Shown piece after piece: positions 61,656-64,000 of a stretch of DNA of 64,000 bases. Source of the stretch: Macrostomum lignano (lineage: Eukaryota). Position 1 is the first letter of the stretch. Each line of letters starts with the position of its first letter. The position numbers and the translations under genes are program-made. The notes under the pieces were generated by a model. That model was not told the DNA's origin. It did no database searches and saw only the letters and a list, made by a program, of their open reading frames with translations. The DNA lies in NCBI GenBank assembly GCA_002269645.1, contig NIVC01001522.1:210247-274246 (forward strand). Reading direction: 5' to 3'.

Positions 61656-64000
61656 TTTATTTTCATTTCATTTTTTTCATTTGGTAAGTTGGGGCTATCA
61701 AGGGCCCTGCGCATCAGCCCTGGGGAGGGCTCTTACGCAACTAATTTGTTTTAGTTTCCAGTTTGAGCGATACATTTAGTATTTTGTTGGAGAAATAAAA
61801 CAAATATTTTCTAATAAATAATACAATAATGCCATTTAAAAACTTAAAACAAATAATAGAGTACAATTAATCAATATAGAGTCAATTTAAAGCAAATGGT
61901 TGAAGTATTGAGTAAAACAAATAAATATAAATAAATATGATTGATAAAACTAAAACAAATATTGGGGTGTAAATATGTACAATGAATCACAAAGCAGTAA
62001 TGTTTTGAGTGTTTTGGTTTAAAAATGGAGGCCAGCTTCTTCACTACTATTGAGAGTAGCTAGACACGGCTATGATATAGGAACCTGCCTATGTTAGTTA
62101 ACCTTACGAAAACGAAGGATTCCCTGGGAGGACTTGGAGAATACCGTAAGTAGAGAGGTCCCTACCCACAGGTGAGGGTTTTGCAAATTTTGTTAATCGG
62201 CAAACCGGACGCAACAGCATCCCAACAAAGCAAGCCCAACTGGTAAGTTCAGCATTCAGATATCCTTTCTTAGTGATAATTATAAGTAGTGGACCTGGCC
62301 CCACAATAAACAGCATTTTGGGTGAATAATGTAAAACATGTTAGAGAAGTATAAAAGATAATACTGTGAGAGGGTGTAAACGTTAAAACAGAGTGTGATT
62401 GGTACTGTACTTTGAATGTCAAGTAATTAGCACAGCATTACATAGAATCGTAAGTATTCCCGACCCCGGACAGAGGCGCTCGAGTTATAAATTGAATCAC
62501 ATTTGCGTAATCTGTCTGAGTTTAGTAGTAAAGGGGACCCTGAACCCAGGTCTGGCCTATTCTTTGGTGTCATTTTTGAACCCATGGATTTCACTCTCCA
62601 GGGCTTTTTTGTACCATTTTTTAGCAAGATTGAGGAGTCGATCCTTAACCATAGGCATCTTGGTGACCTGGTGTAAGTATGTGATTTTAGTATAAGGCGG
62701 AGCATCTATAGAGAGGCGAAGAGCCTTATTTTGCAGAATTTGTAACTTGTTGACAAGGGATGCCAGTAGATTGATGAGCACTGGAGCGCCGTAAGTCATT
62801 GTGCTCTCAATGTAAGATCTATAGATGAGGCGAAGAGCCAGTTGCGAAATCCTGGAGTTCTTAGCCATCCTAGCTAGCGCAGCCATTTTGGCAGTCGAAG
62901 ACCAAGCTACCTTGTCGATATGGGCCCTAAAGTTAAGCTGTTTGTCAAGAACCATCCCTAGGAAGGTGACGGAATCATAGTACTTGATTTTGTCTTGTCC
63001 AAGTTTAATTGGAGGATCGTCTGGACCTGTTTTGTTCCCATTAGCTTTGAAAAAGGAAATGGCTTTACTTTTGGAGGGATTGATGACTATGCCCAAATTG
63101 TCAAGCCACTTTTTGAGGACAATGAAGTATGAGTTAAGCCTTTTAGCGGACATAGTGGATTTTCTGGCAGAGGCCCATACTGCTAAGTCGTCAGCGAACT
63201 GACTAAAGCGGACCTTGCTGTCAGTGGGCTTGGGTATAGAGCTAGCGAAGATGATAAAGAGCAGGGCGAGAGCACCCCACCCTGCGGGACACCCGCCGTT
63301 GGCTGAAAGACCTCGCCCCGGGCTCCTCCAACTATAATTCGTGTCATGTTGTGCGGGATTTTACTTTTCCAGATTTTATATTTAAGGTAGTCCAGCCAGA
63401 CTCCATCGAAGGCTCCTTTGACATCAAAGAAGACCCCAACGTGTACTGCCTCAACTGAAGCATTTTCAGCACATCGTCGGTGAGTCTTACTATATTGTCA
63501 TATGTGCAGTGATCGAATCTGTAGGCACATTGTTCCTCATTAATAATTCCTAGGTTTTCTAAGATAATTCTAAGGTTTTTAGCTAGAATCTTCTCGTAAA
63601 GTTTACCAACACAGGAGGTTAGGCTGATGGGTCTATAGCTTTCCACGAGATTTTTGGATTTGTTTGGTTTAGGGATCATCTTGATGATGGCCTTTTTCCA
63701 TTGTTTAGGGAAGTATCCTATGAGAAAACTAGAGTTGTAAATTTTTGCGAGCACTCTGATGGAGTCCGGGCTGAGACCATATTTCAAAACCATGTTAGGA
63801 ATTCTATCCGGACCGGGAGCTCCTCCTGACCTAAGTTTTCTGCTCTCCCAGAGCACGTCCTGGTCAGTAATGTTTAGGATATCGCTTTCGATATCTTCTT
63901 TATCTGGATCAATCGGGTTCGCGTGCTCTTTATGGTATGAAGTGCCGCGATTATATTTTTATGGGGTTTGAAGATCTCATGATCTTTGTACTTGCTGACT
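61656..64000 (-). mobile_element. 3' part of a related but diverged LINE (RT + 3' UTR), running off the window
   Basis: GGAPGPDRIPN, YRPISLTSCVGKLYE, FADDLAVW; (ATGAA)n tail; 3'-terminal motif gcgtaagagccc...gggctga.gcgc shared with the first LINE. Confidence 0.9.

Overview
This is eukaryotic DNA, probably from an invertebrate animal (spliceosomal introns, microsatellites, TTAGGG hexamers); the species cannot be determined from the window. The 64 kb is almost entirely nested transposons and tandem repeats, with no CRISPR array or rRNA. Main finding: a full-length 7.2-kb I/Jockey-group LINE (36071-43234, minus strand) bounded by an exact 19-bp target-site duplication. Its ORF1 starts with an ALKBH2/3-like 2OG-Fe(II) dioxygenase, in the same reading frame as the gag-like region, and its 5' end carries a perfect RFX X-box. 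A second, diverged AlkB-ORF1 lies at 50612-52140. Other content: a ~9.3-kb non-autonomous Helitron with a spliced RPA70-like OB-fold gene and a divergently oriented zinc-knuckle/polyQ minigene; a complete CACTA/EnSpm element; a degraded DDD/E transposase with a PHD finger; Gypsy, mariner, PIF/Harbinger and Penelope remnants; four solo-LTR-like elements; a 1.6-kb foldback element; a zinc-finger/JmjC demethylase fragment; and a small orphan membrane-protein gene. All calls come from reading the sequence and recognising motifs; no database search was run.
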